A stretch of 64,000 bases of DNA. Source: Candidatus Moraniibacteriota bacterium. Its GTDB lineage: Bacteria > Patescibacteriota > Minisyncoccia > Moranbacterales > GCA-2747515. Shown in pieces: positions 35,264 through 45,267 of this stretch; the first letter of the stretch is position 1, and each line of letters starts with the position of its first letter. The stretch covers positions 155,131 to 219,130 of the forward strand of contig CP065011.1 of assembly GCA_016699795.1 (NCBI GenBank), given 5' to 3'. A program made the position numbers and the translations under genes. The notes below the pieces were generated by a model that did no database searches, was not told where the DNA came from, and saw only the letters and a program-made list of their open reading frames with translations.

Positions 35264-35316
35264 AAGTCTTTTCTCTCTATAAAAACAAAAAACTCCCCTT
35301 TCTTCTATCATTTTTG

Positions 35317-35389
35317 AGCCACCTGTCGGACTCGGACCGACGACCCACGGTTTACAAAACCGTTGCTCTACCAACTGAGCTAAGGTGGC
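35317..35389 (-). tRNA. tRNA-Thr (anticodon UGU)
   Basis: Minus strand: GCCACCT TA GCTC AGTTGGT AGAGC A ACGGT TTTGTAA ACCGT GGGTC GTCGG TCCGAGT CCGAC AGGTGGC T. Confidence 0.8.
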
Positions 35390-35463
35390 GGGAACATATT
35401 TTCCAAAACATTCCCTACCATATCAGAAACTTTTCTTTTTTGCAAAGAAATCTTACTTTTACC

Positions 35464-36210
35464 TTAATGTAAAAATTGATCATGCGCAAGGACTCTTTCT
35501 AATCTTCGTATCCGCACCTTAGTACCCCGATGCTGAGGATCTAATTTTATCACTTGTCTATAGCATTCCAAGGCATCTTCAAAATTTCTCTGATCAATAT
35601 AAAAGTCTCCGAGAGATTCATAGGCGGATATATCACGAGGATTCAGCGCTATCCTTCCAATTAAAGCCTCTTCATAATCATTTTTCGAAAGTACACGTTT
35701 TTTGGAACTTGAAGGTTTCGTCATATCACTCACCATAGGACGAGAAACGATATCCTCTTCAGATTTTACAACGTCCATTGCTTCATCTTTCTTGCGATCA
35801 AGAAACATTTCCTTTTCTGACATCCCTTCTTTTACTTCCCTATTCAAATCTTTTGATTCTCCATAAAGTTCTTTCCGAGAAAAGACTTTTTTCATGCTAT
35901 TGTCCGTCGTTTTCTGTTTCTTGAAAAATATATTCAAAAATACTTTAAAAACAAACTTCACACCTCGAAAAAGAATTGAAAAAAATGAAGTAATTTTTTT
36001 TTCAAATAAATCCAAAAATCCTCCACTCTTCCCAACTAATTGAGGTCCTAAACGACTCAATTTTTGAGAAACTGAACTAAAATTTCCAAAGGGTGCCCTA
36101 CCTTGCAAAACCGTTTCCCTCTCAGTTTTTTTCTTTCTAAAAATTTTTATAAGAAAAAAAAGAGAAAGAAAGAAAATAATGGGCGGAATGATAAAATTCC
36201 AATAGGACAT
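35464..36210 (-). CDS. TPR-repeat protein with N-terminal membrane anchor
   Basis: 248 aa; N-terminal TM; C-terminal TPR-like repeats (AYESLGDFYIDQRNFEDALECYRQVIKLDP). Confidence 0.5.
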   Translation of the reverse strand: MSYWNFIIPPIIFFLSLFFLIKIFRKKKTERETVLQGRAPFGNFSSVSQKLSRLGPQLVGKSGGFLDLFEKKITSFFSILFRGVKFVFKVFLNIFFKKQKTTDNSMKKVFSRKELYGESKDLNREVKEGMSEKEMFLDRKKDEAMDVVKSEEDIVSRPMVSDMTKPSSSKKRVLSKNDYEEALIGRIALNPRDISAYESLGDFYIDQRNFEDALECYRQVIKLDPQHRGTKVRIRRLERVLAHDQFLH

Positions 36211-36231
36211 ACGTTTTTGAAAAACCTCCTG

Positions 36232-36819
36232 TTATAACTCGTAACGAATAAAATCTCCAACTTGAATATTTTCTCCCATTCGAGAGATTTTTTCAGTTAT
36301 TATTTGTTCGACCGTCATTTCGGGGTTTTTGATAAAAAATTGAGAAAGTAAAGCTCGCTCATTTCGAAACTTCTTTTCTTTTCCAAGAAGAATATTTTGA
36401 ATAATCTCTTCTTTCTTTCCTTCATTCTTAAGTTGCTCTGTCCAAATCTCTCTTTCCTTAAGAACTTTTTCATTGGAAACATCTTCACTTCTAAGACACT
36501 CTGGATCCATTGCGGCAATATGCATAGCAATATCTCGAGAAAGACTTACGAACTCCTCATTTCTTGCAACAAAATCAGTCTCACACAAAAGCTTTACCAA
36601 GACACCAATTTTTCCATTAGAATGAACATATTGTCCGATAATTCCTTCAGAAGCATCTCTGTCGGCCTTTTTTATAGCTTTATCATGTCCCCGTTTTTTG
36701 AGAATTTCAAGCGCCTTAGCATCATCTCCATTCGCTTCATCTAAAGCCTTCTTTACATCTACTACACCGGCTCCAGTTCGTCCTCGCAAAGATTTAATTT
36801 GCTCCATCGTAATTGCCAT
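36232..36819 (-). CDS. tsf: translation elongation factor Ts
   Basis: 195 aa; N-terminal UBA-like LRGRTGAGVVDVKKALDEANGD; EF-Ts core; directly downstream of rpsB. Confidence 0.9.
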   Translation of the reverse strand: MAITMEQIKSLRGRTGAGVVDVKKALDEANGDDAKALEILKKRGHDKAIKKADRDASEGIIGQYVHSNGKIGVLVKLLCETDFVARNEEFVSLSRDIAMHIAAMDPECLRSEDVSNEKVLKEREIWTEQLKNEGKKEEIIQNILLGKEKKFRNERALLSQFFIKNPEMTVEQIITEKISRMGENIQVGDFIRYEL

Positions 36820-36831
36820 ATAATTTTTTTC

Positions 36832-37665
36832 TTATTTTTTATTGGTATTTTGAATATTCTTTGAAGATTCAGGGGATTTCGTACGACGAGCTTTTCCAGC
36901 TTTGATAGCCTTAACGACCTGATTCAAAATAAATCGAACAGAAGAAATGGCATCGTTATTTGCAGGAACAATACAAGAAACTCCCGCAGGATCGTCATTC
37001 GTATCAACAATAGCAACAACAGGAATTCGAGCTATTTTTGCTTCTTTTATAGCAAGACTGTCTTCTTTTACATCCGTAACAAATAAAACTCCTGGAGTTT
37101 CCGTCATAGTGCGAAGTCCTCCGAGTTTTTCATTCATTTTTTCCACTTCTTCTTGCTTTTTCAAACGTTCTAATTTTGTATAGCTAGCAAAATCATTTCG
37201 TGCAAGCTTCTCTTCCAAATCAATTAAATATCGTACTCGAGATCGAATAGCATCAAAGTTTGTAAAAGTTCCTCCTAACCAACGAGCGTTCACAAAAGGC
37301 ATTTCAACTTCCGAAGCCTTCTCTTTTACTAAAGATTGAATATGTTTTTTGGTTCCTGAAAATAAAATCATTTTTCCAGAAGAAGCTGTTTCTTCGATAA
37401 AACGTAATGCGTCTTGTAGTTGATGCAATGTTTTTTTCAAATCAATAATAGCTACCCCTTCTCGATACATAAATACAAATTCATCCATCTTTGGATTTCT
37501 TCGAGATTTTTTATGTCCAAAATAAGCACCTGCCTTGAACAAGCTCTCCATAGAAAGCTCTTCTATTTTTTCCACTTCTTTACCCTTCTCATCACTTTTG
37601 GTGACAACGATATCTTTCTCTTCTTTCGTACTCATATGCTTTTTTCCTTTGGGCACCTTCTTCAT
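36832..37665 (-). CDS. rpsB: 30S ribosomal protein S2 (Lys/Glu-rich N-terminal extension of about 35 aa)
   Basis: S2 core LFKAGAYFGHKKSRRNPKM...; C-terminal basic tail. Confidence 0.9.
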   Translation of the reverse strand: MKKVPKGKKHMSTKEEKDIVVTKSDEKGKEVEKIEELSMESLFKAGAYFGHKKSRRNPKMDEFVFMYREGVAIIDLKKTLHQLQDALRFIEETASSGKMILFSGTKKHIQSLVKEKASEVEMPFVNARWLGGTFTNFDAIRSRVRYLIDLEEKLARNDFASYTKLERLKKQEEVEKMNEKLGGLRTMTETPGVLFVTDVKEDSLAIKEAKIARIPVVAIVDTNDDPAGVSCIVPANNDAISSVRFILNQVVKAIKAGKARRTKSPESSKNIQNTNKK

Positions 37666-37901
37666 TTCTTGTTATCACCGATAATCCGATTTTTCGGACA
37701 GGAAACGGTGTCGAAACAAAGAATGTACTATATAATTATATAAACCTCTCACACAAATTAATACACACTCTCTTTGAATAGAAAACAAGAGTGTCTGCAA
37801 TCAACAAAGCCACTCTGTGTTTCAATATAAAGAATACATCTGCTCTTGTCAAACCAAAAAAGACATGTTATCCTCTTTCGGTAGTCCTATTAAATGAAAG
37901 T

Positions 37902-38243
37902 ATGAAAGATAATATCCACCCAAATTATTTTACTAAGATTGAAGCAACTTGCTCTTGTGGCGCTGCTCTTTCTGTTGGTGCCACTCAAGAGAAAATTCAA
38001 ACAGAAATATGTTCCAGTTGTCATCCGGTTTATACTGGAAAGAAGAAAACTCTTGATACCACAGGACGAGTAGATCGATTCAAAAGAATGGCTCAAAAGG
38101 CTCAAGAAAAGCAAGAAGAAGACATTCGACTTAAAGAAGAAAAGAAGAAACGCGAAGAAATTCGAAGCACAAAGATTGAAGAAGAGGCCAAAAAGCCATC
38201 TAAAAAAGTATCAAAGAAGAAGAGTCCCGCAACAAAGAAATAA
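37902..38243 (+). CDS. rpmE: 50S ribosomal protein L31 with a long Lys/Glu-rich C-terminal extension
   Basis: Start reassigned to [10 protein letters not shown].. (classic L31 N-terminus); CxC...CxxCHP zinc motif; about 45 extra charged residues at the C-terminus. Confidence 0.8.
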   Translation: MKDNIHPNYFTKIEATCSCGAALSVGATQEKIQTEICSSCHPVYTGKKKTLDTTGRVDRFKRMAQKAQEKQEEDIRLKEEKKKREEIRSTKIEEEAKKPSKKVSKKKSPATKK

Positions 38244-38261
38244 CTTCTTACAGAAATCAAA

Positions 38262-38290
38262 AAATCGGTCTTTTCGACCGTTTTTTTGTT
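38262..38290 (+). terminator. rho-independent terminator after rpmE
   Basis: CGGTC-TTTTC-GACCG followed by TTTTTTTG. Confidence 0.65.
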
Positions 38291-38396
38291 GCTCTTTTTC
38301 TATTTGAGTCGTAAACTAAAAAATACATTTATTACTTTCTTAATTTTTACTTTTTACATTCTTTGCTTTTTACTCTAAATTTTTATTTCTTTTTTT

Positions 38397-39482
38397 ATGA
38401 ATTCAACCATCCAAAAACTTCGAGAAGAATACGAAAGTATCATAAAGCATCTTTCTTCTGGAGAATCTAGTCCTTCAGATCTAGCTAAATTTGGACGAAG
38501 ACAATCTCGTTTGGAAGAAATACTTTCTCTCGCGGATGCACTTGAAAAACTTCGTCATCAAATGCGCGGAAATGCCGATATCATTAACTCTGGAGAAGAT
38601 GCTGAACTTTCTAGCATGGCTATGGAAGAAAATGTTCTTCTTTCAGCAGAGATTGAAACATTAGAAACAAATCTCAACAAAGCACTTCTTCCCCCTGATC
38701 CCAATGACGAGAAGGACGTTATTATTGAAATACGTGCTGGTGCTGGCGGTGATGAATCTTCCCTTTTTTCTGCGGATCTTTTTCGCATGTACACACGTTA
38801 TGGTGAGCGATTAGGATGGAAAACGTCTATAATCCATTCCAATGGAACAGAGCTAGGTGGTTTCAAAGAAATTGTTTTTGAAATCCACGGATCAAAGGAA
38901 TCTCCTGTTTATGAAAAATTACGCTATGAATCTGGAGTTCATCGCGTACAAAGAATTCCTCAAACAGAAAAAGCTGGAAGAATACATACTTCTACAGCAA
39001 CCGTTGCCGTTCTCCCTGAGGCAGAAGAAGTGGATATTGTTATAGAGGCCAAAGATCTTCGTATTGATACGTATTGTTCGTCTGGACCAGGAGGGCAAAG
39101 TGTCAACACCACATACAGTGCCGTGCGTATTACCCATATACCCACCAACACCGTCGTTACCTGTCAAGATGAAAAATCTCAAATTAAAAATAAAGAAAAA
39201 GCTATGCGAGTTTTGCGATCTCGTCTTCTTAGTCTAGAGGAAGAACGTCTCGCCAAAGAAAGAACGGATGAGCGTCGATCTCAAATAGGAACTGGTGATC
39301 GAAGTGAGAAAATACGAACATATAATTTTCCACAAGATCGCATCACTGATCATCGAATCAAAAAAAGTTGGAGTAATATTGAAATTATTCTTTCAGGATT
39401 TGTAGATGATATTTTTGATTCGCTTCGCGAAGAAGATACAAAAAGAAAGTGGGAAATACAAAACAAAAAGGACCGTCTCTAA
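38397..39482 (+). CDS. prfA: peptide chain release factor 1
   Basis: 361 aa; GGQ motif ([12 protein letters not shown]); RF1-type tripeptide region [14 protein letters not shown] (PxT class). Confidence 0.9.
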   Translation: MNSTIQKLREEYESIIKHLSSGESSPSDLAKFGRRQSRLEEILSLADALEKLRHQMRGNADIINSGEDAELSSMAMEENVLLSAEIETLETNLNKALLPPDPNDEKDVIIEIRAGAGGDESSLFSADLFRMYTRYGERLGWKTSIIHSNGTELGGFKEIVFEIHGSKESPVYEKLRYESGVHRVQRIPQTEKAGRIHTSTATVAVLPEAEEVDIVIEAKDLRIDTYCSSGPGGQSVNTTYSAVRITHIPTNTVVTCQDEKSQIKNKEKAMRVLRSRLLSLEEERLAKERTDERRSQIGTGDRSEKIRTYNFPQDRITDHRIKKSWSNIEIILSGFVDDIFDSLREEDTKRKWEIQNKKDRL

Positions 39483-39486
39483 TTGT

Positions 39487-40419
39487 ATGAAATCCCTTCG
39501 TCTTCAAGATATTCTTCTTCTCAACCCCCCTGTCAAAAGACACGAAAAAGAAATTCTCCTTGCTTTTATTTTGGGAGTTTCACGAGAGCATATAGTAGCG
39601 CACCCCGAAGAAATTCTTCCTCAACAATATTTTCAAAGAATTAAAACTCTTTTTTCAAAACGACAATCAGGCATTCCTTTAGCCTATCTTACAAAAATAA
39701 AAGAGTTTTTTAATTTAAATTTTTTTGTAAACAAGGATGTTCTCATACCGCGTCCAGAAACAGAACTTCTCGTAGAAGAATCTCTCAAAATTTTGAAAAA
39801 AAAGAAATTTGAAACAAACATTCTTATCGACATAGGAACCGGGAGTGGTTGTATTCCGATTGCAATATTACATCACATTTCTCCTTCTTTAAGACCAAAG
39901 ACGTTTGCTCTTGATATATCAGAAAAGTCTCTCATTGTAGCCAAAAAAAATGCAAGAATTCATTCTTTTTCAAACTCAATTATTTTTAAAAAAAGTAATC
40001 TTTTAGAAGATTTCTTAGAAAAAATACCCTCCTTAGAAAAAAATTCACTTCTTATTCTTACTGCCAATCTTCCTTATATTCCAGATCATTTCTACAACAA
40101 AGCATCTTCCCACAAAGAAAGTATAGGTATTTTATTTGAGCCCAAAGAAGCTCTTATTTCAGGAAAAGACGGCCTTAAACACTATCGCCGACTCTTTCGG
40201 CAACTCTCGAAAAATAGAGAAAAACTTCCAGATCAAATTATACTTCTTTGCGAATTCTTCGGGGACACCACCCAAAAAGATTTTTTTGAATCCCAAACTC
40301 AAACATATTTTCCCAAAAGCACCATTTCCATACAAAATGATCTTTCCAGTCGTCCGCGAATGGCCACAATAAAGATTCAAAACACAAGAAAAATTCCTCT
40401 TGACGCTCTACGCAGTTAA
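39487..40419 (+). CDS. prmC: release factor glutamine N5-methyltransferase (HemK/PrmC)
   Basis: Start reassigned to MKSLRLQ.., 5 nt after the prfA stop; motif I IDIGTGSGC; NPPY-type motif TANLPYIP. Confidence 0.8.
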   Translation: MKSLRLQDILLLNPPVKRHEKEILLAFILGVSREHIVAHPEEILPQQYFQRIKTLFSKRQSGIPLAYLTKIKEFFNLNFFVNKDVLIPRPETELLVEESLKILKKKKFETNILIDIGTGSGCIPIAILHHISPSLRPKTFALDISEKSLIVAKKNARIHSFSNSIIFKKSNLLEDFLEKIPSLEKNSLLILTANLPYIPDHFYNKASSHKESIGILFEPKEALISGKDGLKHYRRLFRQLSKNREKLPDQIILLCEFFGDTTQKDFFESQTQTYFPKSTISIQNDLSSRPRMATIKIQNTRKIPLDALRS

Positions 40420-40549
40420 CAGTATTGCCCCCTAAGCATACCAAGTATTACCCGTTACTACTAACTCTACAACCGCTTTTCAAAAAACTAAAAAGAGAGT
40501 AACCTATAATTACTAAGTACTTTCATAAAAATGTAAGGAGGGTAAAAGC

Positions 40550-40735
40550 ATGTCTCAAAATACTCATGTTTTCTCTTCCATCCTTTTCCTTATCGGAACT
40601 GTTCTTTACTTCTTGGCAATCTCCCTCATTCAAACAATACTCAAAAAAAGAAAAGAATCCAAAAGGATCGCGCTACGAAAAAGTAAAGAACCCCCTCCAC
40701 GGAAATTGGGTGAAAGAATATCTCCCGAAATATAA
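40550..40735 (+). CDS. small hypothetical membrane protein (61 aa)
   Basis: Strong SD AAGGAGGG 8 nt upstream of the ATG; one TM followed by a basic tail. Confidence 0.3.
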   Translation: MSQNTHVFSSILFLIGTVLYFLAISLIQTILKKRKESKRIALRKSKEPPPRKLGERISPEI

Positions 40736-40829
40736 GCTTCTTTGCGACGACTCATTCTTTCCTTTTTCGATTCGTCGCATTTTTTTCTCTTATTAACCCC
40801 CTATTTAAATTCTCAATTTTTCACGTGAT

Positions 40830-42068
40830 ATGTCCCCTTTCGAAACAATCAAAGAACAATTTCCGGTTTTCTCTCACCATCCGAATCTGTGCTATTTAGA
40901 CAGTCCTGCATCCACACTTGTTCCCAAGAAAGTGATAGATAAACTTTGTGAATATTACGAGAACTATCCCGTTAACGTAGCCCGTGGACTTTACCCACTT
41001 TCTGAGCGAGCTACAAAAGAAATGGAATTGGTACGAGAAAAATCAGCTCGTTTTTTTAACGCACACTCTTTAGATGAAATTATATTCACGAGAAATACCA
41101 CCGAATCCATAAATTTACTCGCTAGAGTCCTCCTTCCTAAACTCAAAAAAGGAGATGGCATAGCCATAACAGCAATGGAACATCATGCAAATTTTGTCCC
41201 ATGGCAACAGCTTTGTAAAATGTATGGCCTTGAACTCCGTATTATTAATTTTGATTCGAATGGAACAATTTCCCCTGATTCTATTCGAGAAAATATTGAT
41301 ACAAATATAAAAATATTTTCCTTTGTTCATGTGTCGAATGTTTTTGGAACTATACTCGATGCAAAAAAATTCATTCAAATAGCCAAAGAAAAAAATCCAG
41401 ATATTATAACCATTCTCGACACCGCACAGTCAGCTGGAAATAGCCTCATAGATGTCCAATCTTTGGATTGTGATTTTCTTGCGTGTTCCGGACACAAAAT
41501 GTTTGGCCCCAAAGGAGTTGGTATTCTTTATGGAAAGAAAAAATATCTCGACACACTTGATCCTTTTCTTTATGGAGGAGAAATGGTTACTTCGGTAACA
41601 GACGATGAAAGCACTTTTCAAAAACCTCCCCATCGATTTGAAGCCGGAACGCCCTCCATAGCAGATATTATTGCTTTTGGATCAGCATTGGATTTTATTG
41701 ATTTTCAAGAAAGAAATACCATAGCCCTTTATGAGAAACAATTAAGTGCTTTTGCTTGGAATGAGCTTGAAAAACATTTTGGCCAAGATATTATTCTTTA
41801 TGGACCCGAACCTTCCAGTGGAATACATTCTGGAATTCTTTCTTTTACTCTTTCTGGAATTCATCCTCACGACACTGCTCAACTTTTAGGACAAGAAGGG
41901 ATTTGTGTTCGCGCAGGATCTCATTGTGCCATGCCTCTTCACCAAAGGATGCACACCGAACACAAAGCGACTATTCGTATCGGACTTTCTATCTACAACA
42001 ACGAAAGTGATATCGAACGACTTATCGATGGACTTGAAAAAATAAAAAAGTTTTTTCCTTCTCATTAA
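40830..42068 (+). CDS. sufS: cysteine desulfurase (SufS-type, class V aminotransferase)
   Basis: 412 aa; PLP lysine in SGHKMFGPKGVGILYG; active-site Cys in RAGSHCAMPL. Confidence 0.85.
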   Translation: MSPFETIKEQFPVFSHHPNLCYLDSPASTLVPKKVIDKLCEYYENYPVNVARGLYPLSERATKEMELVREKSARFFNAHSLDEIIFTRNTTESINLLARVLLPKLKKGDGIAITAMEHHANFVPWQQLCKMYGLELRIINFDSNGTISPDSIRENIDTNIKIFSFVHVSNVFGTILDAKKFIQIAKEKNPDIITILDTAQSAGNSLIDVQSLDCDFLACSGHKMFGPKGVGILYGKKKYLDTLDPFLYGGEMVTSVTDDESTFQKPPHRFEAGTPSIADIIAFGSALDFIDFQERNTIALYEKQLSAFAWNELEKHFGQDIILYGPEPSSGIHSGILSFTLSGIHPHDTAQLLGQEGICVRAGSHCAMPLHQRMHTEHKATIRIGLSIYNNESDIERLIDGLEKIKKFFPSH

Positions 42069-42074
42069 ATAATT

Positions 42075-42440
42075 ATGGATATTTACAAAGAAATTATTCT
42101 TGATCATTATCGAAATCCAAAAAATTTTGGTTCTTTTGAAAATGCCACTTCCACAGAAACTATTGAAAACTTATCTTGTGGCGATATCCTTACTATGTCT
42201 GTCAAAATTGAAAATGACGTAATCGAGGATATTCGATTTTCTGGAAAGGGTTGCGCTATCTCCGTAGCAGGAGCATCTCTCCTTACAGAGTATGTAAAAA
42301 AGAAACCTATTCAAGAAATTCAGAGACTCACAAAAGAAGATATGATCAAAATTTTAGGAACAGATGTTGGTATAGTACGAATCAAATGTGCTCTTCTTCC
42401 TTTGGAGACCCTTCACAAAGTCATAAAAAAAGTAGTATAA
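42075..42440 (+). CDS. sufU: SufU/IscU-like Fe-S cluster scaffold
   Basis: 121 aa; NLSCGD, GKGCAIS and C-terminal Cys (KCALLP). 6 nt after sufS. Confidence 0.8.
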   Translation: MDIYKEIILDHYRNPKNFGSFENATSTETIENLSCGDILTMSVKIENDVIEDIRFSGKGCAISVAGASLLTEYVKKKPIQEIQRLTKEDMIKILGTDVGIVRIKCALLPLETLHKVIKKVV

Positions 42441-42471
42441 AGAATCTGTAATCAAATAAGAAAAAATCTTT

Positions 42472-42741
42472 ATGAGCAATCTCAAAGACAGTGGAAAACC
42501 ATTTGGTCCCGTAGAAAAGGATGATTGGACTGTATCCGTAGATAAAGAAAAATGTATTGGTGCTGGTATTTGTACAGCAATTGCAGCTCAATCCTTTGAG
42601 CTCGACGCAGAAGGAAAGGCTCTTATTTTAAATGGTATTGATCAAGAAAATAAAGAGGCTTTGCTTGATTCTGCAAAAGCATGCCCCGTTGCAGCTATTA
42701 TTATCAAAAATAAAGACGGGAGTACTGTTTATCCTGAATAA
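42472..42741 (+). CDS. small single-cluster ferredoxin-like protein
   Basis: 89 aa; CIGAGICTAIA....ACPVAAI (Cx5C....CP pattern). Confidence 0.55.
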   Translation: MSNLKDSGKPFGPVEKDDWTVSVDKEKCIGAGICTAIAAQSFELDAEGKALILNGIDQENKEALLDSAKACPVAAIIIKNKDGSTVYPE

Positions 42742-42947
42742 ATTTTTCCGAAGAAACGAATAAAGATTCAAAAAAATAAGGAGAATTTCATACTCAAAAA
42801 AAGATGATTTCCACACCAAGTGAGAATCATCTTTTTTGATTGAATTTTTTTCATAGGACTATTACCAATCTCCTTTCGTATATGAAATTTTCAAATTTTT
42901 ATCGAATTTGTAGCGAAAATTTGAAGATTGTAAGAGAAAATATACTT

Positions 42948-43706
42948 TTATTTATAAATCAATTTCCATATCATTTTTGATTCTCCTTTAGATATTTGTC
43001 TCAATAAAAATAATAAACCTAGAAAGAGAACAGCCAACGCAATGAAAAAATTTATTGGACTTTCTGTCATTAATACGGAGATATTAAAAATACCATGCAT
43101 GCTTATAGCAATAAAAAGACCTTTTATGATATTTTTCTGAGAATGTTCGGGGCTGAATTTTTTTCTTGCCAAATATAAACCACAAATACCCGTAGCCACT
43201 ATATGAAGCAGAAGAGGCATAAAAGAACGTAAGAATGAAATACCTATCAAATCCCTCATGGTATATTCACCAAATAAAACATCAAAAAAATATCCAGTAT
43301 TTTCAATAAAAGAAAAACCCAAAGCCAAACAAATTCCATAAAGAGCTCCATCGATAATCTGCGTAAAATGCTCTGAATAATATACTACTTTTTTAAGAAT
43401 AAAAAATTTTACAATTTCTTCTATAGCAACAAATAGAATAAGTACTCCCAATGAGGCTATGGACATTATTTCAGTTCTATTAAGAAGATTAACGTCTGAA
43501 TTATCTTCTCCATAAAAAATCTCACTCAAAAAAACTTCCAAAAGAAAAGCAATTATTGCAGCCAGGAATCCCCACAAAAACAATTGAAAAAGTAACTTTC
43601 TTGGTTCAGGTTCAGCTCTATCTCGTCGACCAAAAAACCAAAACCAAAAAAATACAGGAAGAATAACAAAAAATCCATATAAGAAAACAATGGGTATTGA
43701 TTGCAT
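42948..43706 (-). CDS. PrsW-family intramembrane metalloprotease
   Basis: 252 aa; EExxK (AIEEIVKFFILKK), FxxxENxxY (GFSFIENTGYF), HxxxxG (LLHIVATGICG); about 8 TM. Confidence 0.65.
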   Translation of the reverse strand: MQSIPIVFLYGFFVILPVFFWFWFFGRRDRAEPEPRKLLFQLFLWGFLAAIIAFLLEVFLSEIFYGEDNSDVNLLNRTEIMSIASLGVLILFVAIEEIVKFFILKKVVYYSEHFTQIIDGALYGICLALGFSFIENTGYFFDVLFGEYTMRDLIGISFLRSFMPLLLHIVATGICGLYLARKKFSPEHSQKNIIKGLFIAISMHGIFNISVLMTESPINFFIALAVLFLGLLFLLRQISKGESKMIWKLIYK

Positions 43707-43719
43707 AGCCTAAATCGAT

Positions 43720-44109
43720 TTAAAAAATTGCAGAAATTGATCCACTTAAAAGTCCCTTTTCTTGAAGATTCGCTATTACAACTCCAAAAATAAAACCAGT
43801 AATCATGCCTATGACAGAAAGTATCATACCAATCAATCCTAATGTTTTTTTGTTTCTTTTTCTAGCCAAGGAACCAAGAAAAATCCCAATCGGACCTAAA
43901 AGAATAGGAAAGGAAAGCAAAGACAAAGCAGCGCAAATAAGAGAAAATATTCCATAGATATTTCCACTCTCTCTAGTGGGAATTTCCGCCGGTATTCCCT
44001 GTGCCACAAAAAATGGTTTTTTTCCTTCTTGTGACTCCTGCGTAGCATTCCCGTCTGAAAAAGAAAAATTCTCTACAGTCTGTCCTTGATTCTCATTTTG
44101 ACTTTCCAT
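43720..44109 (-). CDS. small hypothetical membrane protein
   Basis: 129 aa; polar N-terminal region then two or three TMs. Confidence 0.4.
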   Translation of the reverse strand: MESQNENQGQTVENFSFSDGNATQESQEGKKPFFVAQGIPAEIPTRESGNIYGIFSLICAALSLLSFPILLGPIGIFLGSLARKRNKKTLGLIGMILSVIGMITGFIFGVVIANLQEKGLLSGSISAIF

Positions 44110-44284
44110 TTTTTTACACTTAGAGATTACTTTTTTTAGAATATCACACTGAACAATAATTTTCTATTAAAATTTTCTTTTCGTCCTTTCAAAAAAACAT
44201 TTCTCTATTATTTTCTATTGCTTTTTTAGCTTTTTTTTGATAAAGTTTAGATGTCTATTTTTTATTTTTCTATTCATTGTTTGT

Positions 44285-45235
44285 ATGAAACTTATCATCA
44301 ATATTCCAGCATTTAATGAAGAAATGGTTATAGCTAAAACCATTAAAGGACTTCCAAGGAAACTCCAGGGTTTAAGTGAAATCCTTATTCAAGTTATTGA
44401 TGATGGAAGTCAAGATAATACAGCAGAAATTGCAAAAAAGGCCGGAGCAGACATTGTATATTCCCATTCAACCAACAGAGGAATTGGAAAAACATTCAAA
44501 ACAGCTATAGAGATTGCATTAGAAAATGGAGCTGATTACTTTGTTAATATAGATGCTGACGGTCAGTTTGATGCTAAAGACATTCCCTTGCTTCTTGATC
44601 CCGTTCTGAAAGGAAAGGCTGACATGGTAGTAGCTGATCGATTTGGAGGAAAAGAAGCAAAAAATATTCCTTGGATAAAAGACGCTCTTAATCGCTTAGC
44701 AGCTCGCATCGTCGGTGGCTTTCTTCGAACAAAAATTAACGATCTCACTTGTGGATTTCGGGCTTTAAATCGTGAAACTATGCTCCGCCTCAATCTCCCA
44801 GGAGATTTTACCTACACACAAGAAACAATAATCGATGCTATTGGAAAAAATCTCAAAGTTGAATGGGTTCCTGTTCACGTTACCTATTTCGTCGATCGAA
44901 AATCTCGCGTCGTTCGAACGATTCGACAATTCGTTTCCAATAGTTTTAGTATTATTATAAAGGCTATTCGAGATGTTCGTCCTCTCAAGTTCTTTGGTAT
45001 TCCTGGATTTATTATGATGCTTATAGCGGTAAGTATTTTCCTTGTTTTTCTCTTTTTCTATTTTCAAGAATTCAAAATAACTCCCTATAGAAATTGGCTT
45101 CTTTTTTCTTTTGCACTTTTTGTCGTAGGTCTTCAATTTACAGTTTTTGCCTTTATAGCAGACATGATCCGAAGCTCAAGACGGCTCACGGAAGATCTTC
45201 TCTATCGCATAAAAAAAGAACACTATAAAAAATAA
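44285..45235 (+). CDS. family 2 glycosyltransferase (dolichyl/polyprenyl-phosphate sugar synthase-like) with C-terminal TM helices
   Basis: Start reassigned to MKLIINIPAFNEE; DDGSQDNT (DxD region), DADGQFD, about 2 C-terminal TMs. Confidence 0.75.
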   Translation: MKLIINIPAFNEEMVIAKTIKGLPRKLQGLSEILIQVIDDGSQDNTAEIAKKAGADIVYSHSTNRGIGKTFKTAIEIALENGADYFVNIDADGQFDAKDIPLLLDPVLKGKADMVVADRFGGKEAKNIPWIKDALNRLAARIVGGFLRTKINDLTCGFRALNRETMLRLNLPGDFTYTQETIIDAIGKNLKVEWVPVHVTYFVDRKSRVVRTIRQFVSNSFSIIIKAIRDVRPLKFFGIPGFIMMLIAVSIFLVFLFFYFQEFKITPYRNWLLFSFALFVVGLQFTVFAFIADMIRSSRRLTEDLLYRIKKEHYKK

Positions 45236-45267
45236 AGAGAAAAAGAAATAAAAAAATTTACCATTCT

